Source of the DNA: Camelus ferus
Lineage: Eukaryota
Assembly (NCBI RefSeq): GCF_009834535.1
Contig: NC_045697.1
Location: 85,004,001 to 85,068,000, forward strand
DNA: 64,000 nt
Reading direction: 5' to 3'
In this document: positions 24,281 to 37,179 of the stretch, piece by piece
Numbering within the stretch: position 1 is the first letter of the stretch
Layout: every line of letters begins with the position of its first letter
Notes under the pieces: model-generated
Told to the model about the DNA's origin: nothing
The model's database searches: none
What the model saw: the letters and a program-made list of their open reading frames with translations, nothing else
Made by a program: the position numbers and the translations under genes

Positions 24281-24817
24281 AATAATGATTGCTTCTAATT
24301 TAAATCAACAGAGATGAGAGGTGGGAGTCATTAAAGTTGTTTTGCGAGTTACTTTTGCCACAGTTCTAGTTGGTGCTCTCTGAAACTCTTCATTAAAAGT
24401 ATGAACTTTGTCTGTGTTTGTTGATCATGATATAGCCCAATAAACAGTGCCTATCAAACATCTCTCATTTTCTGATTTCTTGTGGCACTTACTACTCTAT
24501 GCCTGGGGTTTTTGGTTGTTTCTTTACATTACAGACCATGGGTATTCTCTGAGCGTAGAGTTTGAGTTACTTATCATAATTCCCACATCAATAATAGATA
24601 CTCAGTGAATTCCTAATGGTAATGAATCTAAATTGTTTACATTAGCTCACTGACTCTCTCTCTACCCTGGAACATGCTCACTTTTTATAACTTTCCAAGA
24701 AAGAAAATACATACTTAAATGCAACAGGAAATGTTAACTTGTTAAAGATTTGATTAACTTCCAAATCATATGTGAAGGCAAGCTGTGTACTCTTCAAAAT
24801 TTCCATCTTTCAAAGAG

Positions 24818-24860
24818 TTTGTAGACTGAAGTGCAGTATGCCTTCACTTCAGTCTACAAA
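24818..24860. repeat. Perfect 16-bp inverted repeat with 11-nt loop
   Basis: TTTGTAGACTGAAGTG (24818-24833) and CACTTCAGTCTACAAA (24845-24860) are exact reverse complements. Confidence 0.95.
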
Positions 24861-27739
24861 GTTTGAATGATAAGAAGGACCACAAGAGGTTATATTCTGG
24901 AATTGTTCCTTACAAAGAATAGAAAGCCATCAATCCAAGAAAAATTAAGTTTATTGGAAAGATAGAGGAGAACTTAGTTTCTGGGGCTTGGAGAGTCATT
25001 AGATTCTAATCTCTCCATCTCTTTGTCTCTGAAGCTGAAGATTTTTCATCTGTACTTCTTTCTGTATTTTTACTGTATTTTAATTCTTGTTTCCTGTTTG
25101 TCTTTTAAACATTTTTACTGTTTGTTCCCCCACAATTTTGATTTGCAAGTTGATTGGGCTTAGTAATTCACCAATTTAATCTTTATTTCTTATTTAAGAG
25201 AGAGAAAAATCTTAGTGTCTCAAATTAGCCTATAAATAGTTCCTCTTGAATTGATTATTCATTCCTTCCTTAATCAGTTTAGCTGGAAATAAAAGATATC
25301 AGGTGGTAACTACTAGGTAACCAGGGCTCTATACAAAGGAGTAGATACTCAGAGAGGAAAAGTGTAGGCTAAGAAGTAATATTTATGAGTAACATAAGCA
25401 CTGAAATTCCCTATAACTGTGGACTTGATGACTAAAAAAGCATCAAGATCCATTTTGTTGTATTTTATATGGTCAGAGAGCTTAGTTCTGCCATGGTTAG
25501 AATTCACAGCAAAGGGTAACATTCTTAATCCTTCACAGGACCCCACCGATAGTAGAGGACCAGCAAATACAATGACAGTAATCTTGTTGTAGTCTGGCTA
25601 TTTAACTTGAGAATGTTATACTTGTCCAGTCTCTCAGTATTAATGTGAATGTAGTTTCTTTCCTCCATACAGGCTTGTGTAGAGCATTGGACATGCTTGT
25701 GGATCTTGCTTAGAATGAGGAGTATTAGATGAAAAGGTATGGATAAAGCAGTGGAGGAAGCTAAGACCACTCTAGCAAGATGGAAAGATATTATGATATA
25801 ATGATTGATAATCTACCCCAGTTTTTAAGTACTGAAAGCACTTCTAATTCTAGAAATTTTCCTTACTTTCTGAGTTGTGTCATACAAGCCCTGTACATGT
25901 CACTGTTCAAGATTACCATCAGTCTAGTCCAGGATCTGTTTCTCTCAGTCTAGCAAAAGAGAGATGAAATGTATGTATCTATGTCACTTCTATGAATATT
26001 TGCTGATATCCAAAGGCATCACTTTTTTAAAAACTTACCATAGTAATATTTCTGAAAATAGAATTATCACACTGAGGTGAGAATTCTTTCACTGAACTAT
26101 AGGTACAAATTTCCGTGACTGACAAATGACACCAAGTTTCCAACACCAGGTCATCAAGAAAAAACTCAGGTAAAAGAGTTGTATAAAATTTATTTTTTAT
26201 TTTAAACAAATGGATTAAGAGAAGAAAATTAATTATTTTAACATATATTATTTGAAGGATAAAAAGCAATACATTAATCAATAGGCACTATCAGAAACTC
26301 CCACTCAAGGTTCATATGGAAGATTGAAAGGTGTTCAGTTTAGATTAATTGCTAATCAGATTAGTAAATTTGGGAGTGTTTTGATAAATGCTCATCAGAT
26401 CTTTTAGACTTTAGACATTTCACTGTCAATGAAGTGGTAATAATGGAAACTTTTCCATTATTTTTTCCTTTACATTGTAAGTTTGACAAAATACAGAGGA
26501 GGAGGTTAAGGACTATATTTTGTCAAGTTAAGTCTTCTTAAATGTTATTTTTAAAAGCATGGTCAGACCACAGATATTCATGCATTAGTTTAAACTGAAG
26601 TTTCACTGGGAGCCGCACTATATGTCCAGTTGGCAATTATATAAACCGAGGTGGCCGAGGAGTCAACAATTTTTTTCCCTTTATAATCATTATTCATTTT
26701 ACAAAAAATTAGTTTTAATGCCATAAAACCATTGCAGGTTAGAGGTTCCAGAAATTCTATATGTTCAGGACCATAAAGGCATTTATATAACAATGAATTT
26801 TCCAGGATAATTCCATCCTTTGATGCTTTTTCTCTGGTTATTTTACAAAGTGGAGATGTTAATTGGGATCTTCCATGAGAATCATTACATAAGATAAAGA
26901 AAAGTAAATTTAAAACATTCCTAACCTCAAATTTTGACTAATATAAACTCAATAAATTTAGGCTATTAAAGGCAAGAAGGAGTTTTTCGTAAGGATGAAG
27001 CCATTTCTCACTGCAGCTTGGGAACTGGTGTATTTGATCTGAAAGGTCTTGTTCTCTTTTGTGACCTAATCTCACTATTGGATTTTTACCGGCTTTAGAA
27101 TCATCTTCTTAGGCCCCTGACATTTTGCATATTACTTTATTTTCCTCATGGAAGGAGAAGATTCTCAAGAAAAACTTGATAATTGAAGGATGCTTGCTGG
27201 TTAAATAGAAGACAAAGAAGAAAAGTAAACCATCAAGGGAAATACCAGTGAAAGACATAACAGGATACAACTTAGAGAAACTGGGAAAAATTAACTAGAA
27301 AGTCTTGTTGATAAATACCCCAATGTAAGAAGGGATGCCAAAAAAAAAAAATAAATAATTTACATGCACAGCCTAAATCTAGTAACTCAAATAGGAAACA
27401 AGGAGTATCAGGAAAAAATGGAATTTACATAAATCTTAAGAGGTTAATATAGATCTAAGAGAGACCATGTAGAGCAGGCAGGTATAAAAGCAGAATTGGT
27501 TCTTCTCATCCAAAGAGCATTCTCAGCTGCCATTGTGATATGAGGTCATATTTGTTAGTGGGAATGACTTCCCAAATGCGTGTACTTGTCCTGGATTTTT
27601 AATATGTATATTGGCATGGCGTAAGAGATTATGCAAACTTACGAGAGTATGCAGGGAAAAAATTCATCACTACTTCCAAGCTTCCTGTTCTAAGAGATCC
27701 TTGTACAATATCAACAGTGCCTTCAGTCAAACTAATATC

Positions 27740-27970
27740 CATTGAGTGTAAATTATTCGTTAGGCACTTTTTCAGGCCCTAGGGGTTCAATAATGAACAA
27801 AACTGGACTGGAGTCTTGCCATCCTAGATGTCACAGGCTTAATGGTAGAAGCCAACAAATAAAATACTCACTGAAACATATTATTTAAAATCATGGTATG
27901 GGCAATAATGGAAGAGTACGAGGAATAAAGAAAGGGTAGAGGAGGGGGTTCTGATCCAGTTTCCAGAATT
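27740..27970 (-). mobile_element. LINE-2 3' fragment
   Basis: ATTGAGTGTAAATTATTCGTTAGGCACT...ATAATGAACAAAACTGGAC...CTTGCCATCCTAGATGTCACAG. Confidence 0.55.
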
Positions 27971-28298
27971 AGGGATTTATTGAGCATGTGTGAGTTTTGG
28001 ATTTGGCAGGGTCTGATTGTGACTATTTTATCCTGAGGTTAGGCTACTGTGGGAGTTTTCCCCCATCCCCTAACAGATACTACTGCCAGTAGTGGAAAAG
28101 ACTGGACTAAATGAATGACAACCCATCTCCTAAACCAAGCACAGAAAGAGATGACTCAAATGAGGTTTGAGGAGGAAAAAAAGGTGCTGAAATGAGCCAA
28201 ACAAAAACAAAACAATGGGAAGCATCAGAGAGGAGACAAGACCCAAGGCAGGAGACTTCCCCTCCGATCTTAGAAGGGGTGTTCCCAATACTCTAAAC

Positions 28299-28440
28299 CA
28301 GTGATTCTCGAGGTGTGGTCCCCAACCAGTAGCATCTGGATCACCTGGGAACTTGCTAGGAATATTAATTCCCAGAGCCCACTCCAGTCCTACTAAATCA
28401 GAAGCCTTGGGGCTTGTTCCCAGCAATCTGATGTGCCTCT
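28299..28440. mobile_element. MER5A-like hAT-Charlie MITE
   Basis: CAGTGATTCTCGAGGTGTGGTCCCC..CCAGTAGCATC...TCACCTGGGAACTTGCTAG...CCTACTAAATCAGAA...CCCAGCAATCTG. Confidence 0.85.
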
Positions 28441-29094
28441 TTTACATTGTTAGTTCTGAGTTTCAAAATATATCTGCTTATTTGGGGTTTAGCACATATT
28501 TTAATGTTAGATTTACAAGTATCACATGAGAGCCAAAAGGATAATATATAATTAGAGAATGACTGCTCACCTGAAATTACTTTTATTTGTACTTTCATTT
28601 GGAACAGAAAGGATTCTACTTGAACTTAAAAGAAAATAAGGTAGCCATGAGGATAATTCAGTAATTGAATGAAGAGATTGGAAAGTTCTCATTTCCACTC
28701 CAGTTATTAATATTTCAGAATTTACTTGCGTAAAGTCTATCTGCCTACATTGTTCCAACAGGTAATGAATTATGAGCACACATGTGCAGATTTATGTGGT
28801 TAAATCTCATTTCTCAAAAATGAAGTGACTTGGTGACCTTTCCTAAATAGTTTAGTGGCTCTAACTCATGATAGTGGGAGGATCCGAATTTAAATGCAAC
28901 AGGATATTATTGATACTCTTGAAGAAAGAAATAGAGCAATTCATCCAAAGAGCCTGGAGACTATCTACTTTTCCACATGGGTCATATATAACTTTGATAA
29001 AATTTGTATGTAATGATCATTAATATGCAAAACTTTCTGCCTATAATAAGACAACTTCCATACAAATTTCATTGAACTACAATCAGTCCAGTTC

Positions 29095-29330
29095 TTCAAG
29101 TGTGGTTGCTGCTATTCTAGAGTCAAACAGCCTAGGTTTCAATGTAAGAATTTCCTAGCTGGACCACCTGAGGAAGTGACTTAATCTCTCAGTCTTTTTT
29201 TCCCCTTATCTTCAAAATGGGTATAACATTAGTACCTCCCATGTAAAACTATTGTGAATGTTAAGTGACATAATTCATGTAAAGTACTTAGACTAGTGCC
29301 CAACATTGTGTTCAATAAAATGTTTTTATT
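29095..29330 (+). mobile_element. MIR
   Basis: TCTAGAGTCAAACAGCCTAGGTTTCAA...AAGTGACTTAATCTCTCAG...AAAATGGGTATAACATTAGTACCT...TAAAGTACTTAG. Confidence 0.75.
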
Positions 29331-30684
29331 AGTGTATTAGTAATAAATGTAATATTTTACATTGAAAATGAAACCCATGGAAGTCCATAGTGCTAAAATT
29401 AGTCCTTGGTCATATATCTATAAGGGTCTTACCTAGCAATATTACCTGACATGTGATTTGACATGTGATTCACAGCTCATTTTAAAACTTAGCACATTGA
29501 TTTGGTCCAAGGACTACCATGAATTCGCATGGTAGTATTATATGAGATGGATTTAACCAAACCATTTGGGATAATCCAAGCAAATTACCAACAGCCGATA
29601 GAGGATTTCTGCATATGTAGCTGTGTTTGCTCTGGTCTTCCTGCCTGTTGGTAGCAGCAAAATACTGTATTAACTTTATCCTTCTGGTGTCCACCTGGCC
29701 TTCCATTCCTAGACCTTGAGTTCCAATGACATCATCCTTTGATCTTTCCATTTTTAATGTCCATCTGCTGCATGACTTTTTCTTCCAGGCTGAAGCACAG
29801 ACCTGTGAGAAAGAACAACCCCTCATTTAACATGAAAAAGTGATTATTTCTATTAAATAATGTTTAAAAATAGACATGGTCTAATACTTTCAATAGATTT
29901 GGAGTAGATTCACTAAAACTTCAAGAATCTATTTGTTCTCTTGCCTATGGTTGACCCAATGGAAAAATGAAGCATAATACTCCTCCATTAGTCACTGCAT
30001 ACATCTTAAAAATAAAAATAAATTTTAAATGCCACAATTAATCCCCTGTTCTCAATTTTTTAAAACAAGGAAAAAAGAAATGACTTGTGGATTTGGAATA
30101 AAAGCTGTTATGTAAAAATAGAGTTAGAAGGGAAACTGAAAACATGTGAATGACAAGATAAAAGAATAATAAGAAAAAATGTTTTAAGAGTTGTGGTGCA
30201 TTCTGATGGCTCTACTTCTTAATTCAGCCAAAGGGGAAAAATAGTTTGTGGTAAATATTGCAGGCAGAATAGCAGGGTTCATGTGAGCTACACACATCTG
30301 GCACACAGGTGTCCAAGTGGAATTTGCTGTCACTCCAAGAAACAGTCAGATGTTGTCTTTTTAAATGGAGAATGGTGTGAGGACTAGTGGAATTCGGTGT
30401 TAGATGTCAAGCATACAACATATTCATTTAAGTCAGGGTTGCAGTCAGAATTGCTGTTTGACATCCTTTTGAGTTAATTTTACTCAATAGAAAATGTTTC
30501 TTGAACATGGGATAAAAACCAATTTCTTGCTCTCCCTTCAGAATCCCATCTTTAGAGCAAACAAATGTTTCTAGTTTCCATTGCTGAAAACCTTACTTTA
30601 AGTTGCAGAGAGATCAATTGTTCTTCTGGTTTGAAAGAAATAAAAAGATTATCAGAAAGATTATTGATCACTGAGTTATTCTTT

Positions 30685-30900
30685 TATTTATCTTTTTAAA
30701 TTGAAGTCAGTTTACAATGTTGTGTCAATTTCTGGTGTACAGTGTAATAGTTCAGTCATACATATACATACATATATTCATTTTCATATTCTTTTTCATT
30801 ATAGGTTACTACCAGATACTGAATATAGTTCCCTGTGCTATACAGAAGAAACTTACTGTTTACCTATTTTATATATAGTAGTTAATATCTGCAAATATTG
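30685..30900 (-). mobile_element. Artiodactyl-type L1 3' end
   Basis: ATTGAAGTCAGTTTACAATGTTGTGTCAATTTCTGGTGTACAG...GAATATAGTTCCCTGTGCTATACAG. Confidence 0.85.
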
Positions 30901-32211
30901 AACAGACTTTCAAGTACCAGTTTGTTTTTGACACAGAAATGGGGCATTCTTGACAATAGTTTAAGTGTCTTCTGGGTCTTTTAATCCCACTACTGGCAAA
31001 CTCCTCACCTCCCTCCTCTGAGGTCCTGTGGCACCCACCTTTATTTACTTTCTTGGAGACATCTGCCATTAAACACAGTTAGTCTTGTAGTCTTTGATTC
31101 TTCTGGGGGGAAATAGAGTAACAAAAACAATTACAATAACAAATACTTGTAGTTATAAGACTACAACAAATAACTTTGATAACTTTGTGCTTTAGCACTT
31201 TGAAAATAATCCTTTGATTTTTCTTTCTCTCCTTGTATATATATGTAAAGGCTATGCTTAAATGGTGCTTGCGGGGTCTAGGATACAGTCATTTGCTCTT
31301 GGTTTTCAGGAAAATCAATAATGAACATAAAGATAGCCACTGATAACTGAGAATTCTGTTTTGCAGAATTAACCCCGTTTTACAGATGAACCATGAACAG
31401 GAACTTGTGCAGTTGGGTCTGAACTAGCTGAAGCTATTTGCCAAATACCCTTTCTGAACTCCCTTGTCTTTCTTGGACTCTCTTTTTTAGACTAGGCTGA
31501 GAGAACATCTCTGTGGGTCTCCTGTGTACAGTCGTGCTCTGTGACAGTGACACTGAGGCTGTGCTTTCCCTCTGAGAACTGACTCTCAGCTCTTTAAGAT
31601 TAAACCTTCTCTCTGTGGTTCCACAAAGGATGACATCAGTCAGTCAACTTTGCTTCATGTATATAGAAACCAATTCCTAAACCACAGTGGTGCGTGTGTA
31701 TATGTGTGTGTGTGTGTTTATAGGATATGTGCAAACTCTGACACAAAGTTTGTCTATCCTGTCAATATTGTCTTCATTTCTATCCTGATTGATTTTTCTT
31801 TAAAAAATAAGCTTATTGAGTTTTTTCCCTTAACTTAAAAAAAGTGATTAAAAAAATGTTCATTATTAAACATCTGGAAGCTATGAGAAAAGATTATTAT
31901 TCAACCACAATTGAATTTTAATGTCTATTACTCTGATGTTTTATTTAAGCAGATTAAGTATATACATTCATATACTTTTATATTCCATTAATACTGTCCT
32001 TCCAAAGTATTTAACAAATGTGTAAATTTCATCATAATACTGATATATTAATCTAAGATTTTATCAGAGTTGTACATGTATATAGTTTTAAATAGCAGTT
32101 TTCAGTGCTTTCAGAAAAAAGGAGGAGGCCAACTCAACATGAATATACCACTATTTCTTGATTTCCCAAGAAAAATATAATCTGCTGACTTCCAACACTG
32201 GAAAGATAAAC

Positions 32212-32215
<4 letters not shown>

Positions 32216-32300
<85 letters not shown>

Positions 32301-32302
32301 CA
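32216..32302. repeat. Compound microsatellite (TC)n(CA)n
   Basis: Read directly. Confidence 0.97.
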
Positions 32303-33095
32303 CAAGCACACAAGCGTGTGTCTACTCTATTCATCCTTTCAATGTAATCACATTATATTTTGGGTGTCCTTTTTATGACTATATATTTTCACCATTACAC
32401 TATGTAGGATATTACGTTGATATTTTCTGTCTTGTTCAAATTTTTGCTGTTTCCACTGTTGGTGAGTAATAATCACTTTTTTTCCATTTGATTAGTTTCT
32501 ATGTCCCCATCACTAATTTCTCACCAAAATATCTGGCATAATTATAATCTCCATTCCTGCTGAAGAAAGTGAATGTTAATCTCAATAAAATTGAGGTTCC
32601 ATCCCAACGTCTGCAGGGGCTGTGGCTGAGTTCCTGGACCTTACAGTGTATCAAGGTATTAGAGGTATCATCTGATACTTGGGATATCCATCCATCCTTA
32701 GGCTTTTGTCCATGGAGATTTGCTTTGTTGTTCCACCCTGTGTGACCGCCTCAGGACCAAATATTTCTATTAAAAGATAGATATTTACGGGCTCAACAAA
32801 AACACAAACCAATTATATTATAATTGCTATTATTTTTGGTGTATACAGCATTTTTTCTTTATATTTACCTTCCATTTAATTTTTCTTCACCATTCCTTCA
32901 ATTATTTCATATTTTTTCTAGCTATATTTTCTGTATTCTTGAAGTAAATAGCAAACATCTCTGTTTTTGTTGATCTAAAATTATCTTTATGTTACCCTTG
33001 ATATTGAATGATTATTTGCTGGCTGTAAGTTATGAATTTTTTTTCAATCCAAGCAGAAATTATACTTATAAAATGTTTTTGTTATTTTAGAAATA

Positions 33096-33131
<36 letters not shown>

Positions 33132-33459
33132 CCAGTTGACTTTTTCACTGAAGAGCAGTCCCTGAAAGCTTACATCTTCATGTGGTGGTCTAAATTTCAA
33201 TCCCCACCATGACTGGTCTCGTCTCCCCAAATTTGGCCATTAAAACTTAAGGTGTTAGATTTGAAGTATCCACAGTATACGTGGTTTCATGCTTTCTTAC
33301 CATTCTAATTTCAGCTCACTTTTTGTTTTTACCCTGTGTGGATTGTCTGTACGTCTTGTGAGCACGATTTTGCATTATAAAGACTTTATCTCCTTCGGAA
33401 TTCCTAGGCAATTATAGTAAGATGATTTTCCAAGCTATAAATGCCATATTGTCTGATTC

Positions 33460-33930
33460 AACAATTTTTTCAATGTCTACCTCTTTTTCATTTCCTCTGT
33501 TATTGAGCTTGAGGTCCATCACCCAGAATAATGACCACTCCTTACACACATCCTCAATTCCTTTGCTCCCTTTTTTCTCCATCACACTGGAGCGGCATAA
33601 CCGCAGACCTAGTTACACAAATCCCATTTGCTTCATAAGCATTATATTGTGCTGACTGGGTGTGCTTTAAATTTATGACAACAAACCTTAAGTAATTCAC
33701 CAGGGCTGAACAATCTTTCTACATTTCCACATCGAGTTGCCTCATTGACTTGTTTCGTTCTCCAGGAAGACACAACCACACCTTTTTTTCTCAATTCATC
33801 AACGCACTCAGAGCTAATGACCTTGCCTCTTTTTTCACTGAATAAAAAGATAGCAAAAAAGAATGACCTCATCCTCCCCAGCACCTTATCTCCTGACATT
33901 CCTGCATCCCCTTCCTTCCATTACAGTGGC
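33460..33930 (+). mobile_element. LINE-2 fragment
   Basis: CCATCACCCAGAATAATGACCACTCCTTACACACATCCTCAATTCCTTTGCTCC; GCTAATGACCTTGCCTCTTTTTTCACTG. Confidence 0.6.
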
Positions 33931-33949
33931 TTAGTGAGCTGTGTCTGTT

Positions 33950-34135
33950 CCTTCTTTTCTTTTCTTTTCGTTTTTCTTTTCTTTTTCTTTTTTTTCTTTT
34001 TCTTTTCTTTTCTTTTCTTTTCTTTTCTTTTCTTTTCTCTTTCTTTCTCTCCCTTTTTCTTTCTTTTTCTTTCTTTCTTTCTTTCTCTTTCACTCTTTCT
34101 TTCTTTTTCTTTCTTTCTCTTTCTTTCTTTCTTTC

Positions 34136-34191
<56 letters not shown>

Positions 34192-34193
34192 TC
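33950..34193. repeat. (TTTTC)n/(TTTC)n pyrimidine simple repeat
   Basis: Read directly. Confidence 0.97.
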
Positions 34194-34199
34194 ATACTG

Positions 34200-34410
34200 C
34201 TTATGTTTGAATCCTAGCTTTACCACATACTAAGGAAGCCTGGGAAACTTTATCTCTTGGAGTCTTTATTTTGCCATCTATAAATGGAATTAATTAATAC
34301 TAGCACCTATCTTAAAGTGTTGTTATGCAGATCAAATGTTTAGACATGCATAAAGTGTCAGAGTAGTGTATGGTATTCCATACATTCTCAATAAATATTA
34401 CTTTTTATTA
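34200..34410 (+). mobile_element. MIR
   Basis: GTTTGAATCCTAGCTTTACCACATACTA...CATCTATAAATGG...CTCAATAAATATTA. Confidence 0.7.
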
Positions 34411-37179
34411 TCTATAATCAGTAAGAATCACCTTTCTGAGTGCTTTTAAATGTCCTTGGCTTCAATTCTAATATCTTCATGATAGCCATACTCATCACTT
34501 CTCTGATATTAGGATTCAGACTTCAGCCAGTGCCAAAGTTAGTACATTTGAAACCAGTCTTTTTCATTTACATCTTATATCCATAATCTACTATCAGAAA
34601 AAGACAATAGAAACTGGCAGTCAAAATTAATTTCTGAAGAATATTTCTAGTGTGTAATAATTTAAAAAAAAAAAAACCCTCATATCTTGTGAATAAAGTC
34701 TATCAGTAAACACTGAGAGGAAAAAAACTTGGAGTTTCCCTAGAATATCCAATAAACTTTGCCTCTTAGTCATAGCAATAAAAATAGCACATCAAAAACA
34801 CAAGTGCATTGACTTGAATATAGAAAATAACAAACATTACATCATGGTATGATGTTAATAAAGATTGCATATGCTTTCTTGGGACAACTTAACTTTAATT
34901 AGGAAAAAAATTCTGAGGTTATACCAAAAATTTGACTCAACTTTTTTCCTATTCTTATTTAATTTCATATATGTGTATATCATTTAATTATAATGTATCA
35001 TGTTGTTTTACAAGTCATATAAGAACATAACACTTATTGCAACTTTAGAAAACTACTAAAAATATTAATTTTATGCCCCAAAAATGTCACAGTGGGTTTT
35101 AGTTAATTAATTGTGTGTGTACAGTTTTTTTTAATTAAACATTAATGTCCACCAGGTGAAAGAATAATTTTCAAGCTTGTAAGATGGCTTTGGTTGATAG
35201 TTCTATTTTGAAGAAAAAGAATTTGTTATCTGAGAAATAATTCCAATTTTTTAACCTTTTGTTCAATTGAGACATTTATAAAATAAACTGGTAAACACTG
35301 TACACTAAACCCCACTGTGGAGATTTACAACATTCATTAGCATATGAAAATAAATTTCCTAAGCAAAACGACAGTGTTATTAAAAAAAGGAATAGATTTG
35401 CTTGATGGAATTTCTGCAAACAACAAAATGGTGGATGAAATTGTATTGAATGGCCATCTGTGCTGCTCCATCACTTGACTAGTCAATGGCTTGATTCTAA
35501 GTGTCATTTTACAAAGTCAATAACTGAATCTAAGTTCCCGCTCTGCCTTGCAGAACATAAATTCAAATATAATTAGTGAAACTGACTAATAGGAACTAAT
35601 GATCATATAGCAAAATAACCTCAGCTAAAGTAAACAAATATATATGGTTACCAACCAAATACCGTTGCTAAAGCAATGTAGCTTATGTATTTCCACTCCT
35701 CCTGTTTTCATAAAAAGAGGAAATTTTCCAGTCTCTCTCTGGGAGGGAAAAGTGAAAGGAATCTATCCAGCTTCTCCCTGCCTCCTTGTTCATTTCTCCC
35801 CAAGAGAGGAAGAATGATTTATCTCTTTGATAAATTTGAGAGGAAGAGCTGAGCAGGCCACAGTCCTCTCTCATGTGTCTGAGATCTGCCTGCTTGCAGA
35901 TGTGACCGGCTCCCCTTAGGTTTGTTGAATACACAAACTGCATAGCTGCACAACCTGCCAGCAGTATCTGGAGGCCCTTTATGGACAACATCTAGGCTTC
36001 CTACACAGCAATTCTGTGGCTCCCTGTGGCTGATGTTAGTCTGACCCAGTAGGTGCAGCATGGACATAAGGAGGTATAGCTCCTAAATCAACATTATTAA
36101 TAACGTTGATGATAATAATAACAGAAGCCATGACTTCTGATTCTGATCTCCACTTCACTGTATGCATCATCTTTTGTCTTGAATATATTCAAATTGTGTT
36201 TAACATCTGATGCTTCTTGCATCAGAAAACAAATGGAATGAGGCAAACCCCTAGTGTTCAGGCATAAGTCCATAATGTACAACTGCTCTGGCAGCACGTA
36301 GAAATGTATATATAAATGCACTTGAAAGACTCCAGGAGCTATGTAAATGTAAGACTAATTATTGTTGTTGTTATCCTTTGTTTATGAAATGATTGGGGCC
36401 AATTTTCATTCAAAATATGTGCCCAAAATTTGCTATTTTGGGCTGGCATCTCAAGAGGATTTTATGCACTGGCAAAAAGCAGCCACCCGGCCCGTATGAG
36501 GCTGCTGTGGCTGTGCCACTTGGACGCCCAGCCAGGTTGCATTGAACCAGTTCCTTCACTTGGACTCTGCTTCCAGAGCCCTAATTTTCTGGCTCAGTTC
36601 AGGTTCATGGTGTGTCAGACAACAGTATCTGGCAATTCCAGAACAGGAAAGGCCCCAAACTAAACTGAATTGGGAAATTTCACAGGGTTTCAATGCCAGG
36701 ACTTGCTGGAAAGGAAACAAGGCCCCCAAAAAGCAGGAATTCATCCTTCACTCCATAAGACAGAGTCAGACCTCCCTGCCACCATTGTCCCCCTCCCAAT
36801 ACTTTCAACATGAATGTCTTGCTTAAATAATTTATTCTCTCTCTGGATCATGAGTAACCCAACAAGAATAATTCAAGAAAGAAAAGGGACTGAACACTGA
36901 TGCATATAAGACTACTCTAGCAATATGTTAAGAAAAAATCATGTTTTTTAAATAAATGGATTGCATGAAATAGTTAAGAGAGCCTGAACTAAGTAAGATG
37001 TATTGAAACTCCCAGTTTACTTTATATTAAGGCTTAAATCTTTTACGTTTCGTTTACATAATTCCTAGACTGTATGTATCCTCATATACATCTCTGGATG
37101 CCTTTGGATTGAAACATAATCTGGCCACATGATACTGAATAGTACCATGTGGTAAATAACCTACTGAGCCTACCTCTAG

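Noticed and set aside
26590..26890. Open minus-strand frame of about 100 codons in unique DNA
   Set aside because: No recognisable domain and no convincing flanking splice sites; within chance expectation.
29447..29470. 12-bp tandem duplication TGACATGTGATT x2
   Set aside because: An ordinary short slippage duplication.
29655..29700. Peptide VDTRRIKLIQYFAA faintly resembling the myosin motor motif NTKRVIQYFA
   Set aside because: No P-loop (GESGAGKT) or other myosin similarity nearby; treated as coincidence.
32111..32469. ORFs with CVCV, ERER, SLSL and HTHT runs
   Set aside because: Translations of the (TC)n(CA)n microsatellite.
33745..34233. Long F/S/L-rich and K/E/R-rich ORFs on both strands
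   Set aside because: Translations of the (TTTC)n tract; the same applies to ORFs at 54419-54781 and 59023-59580.
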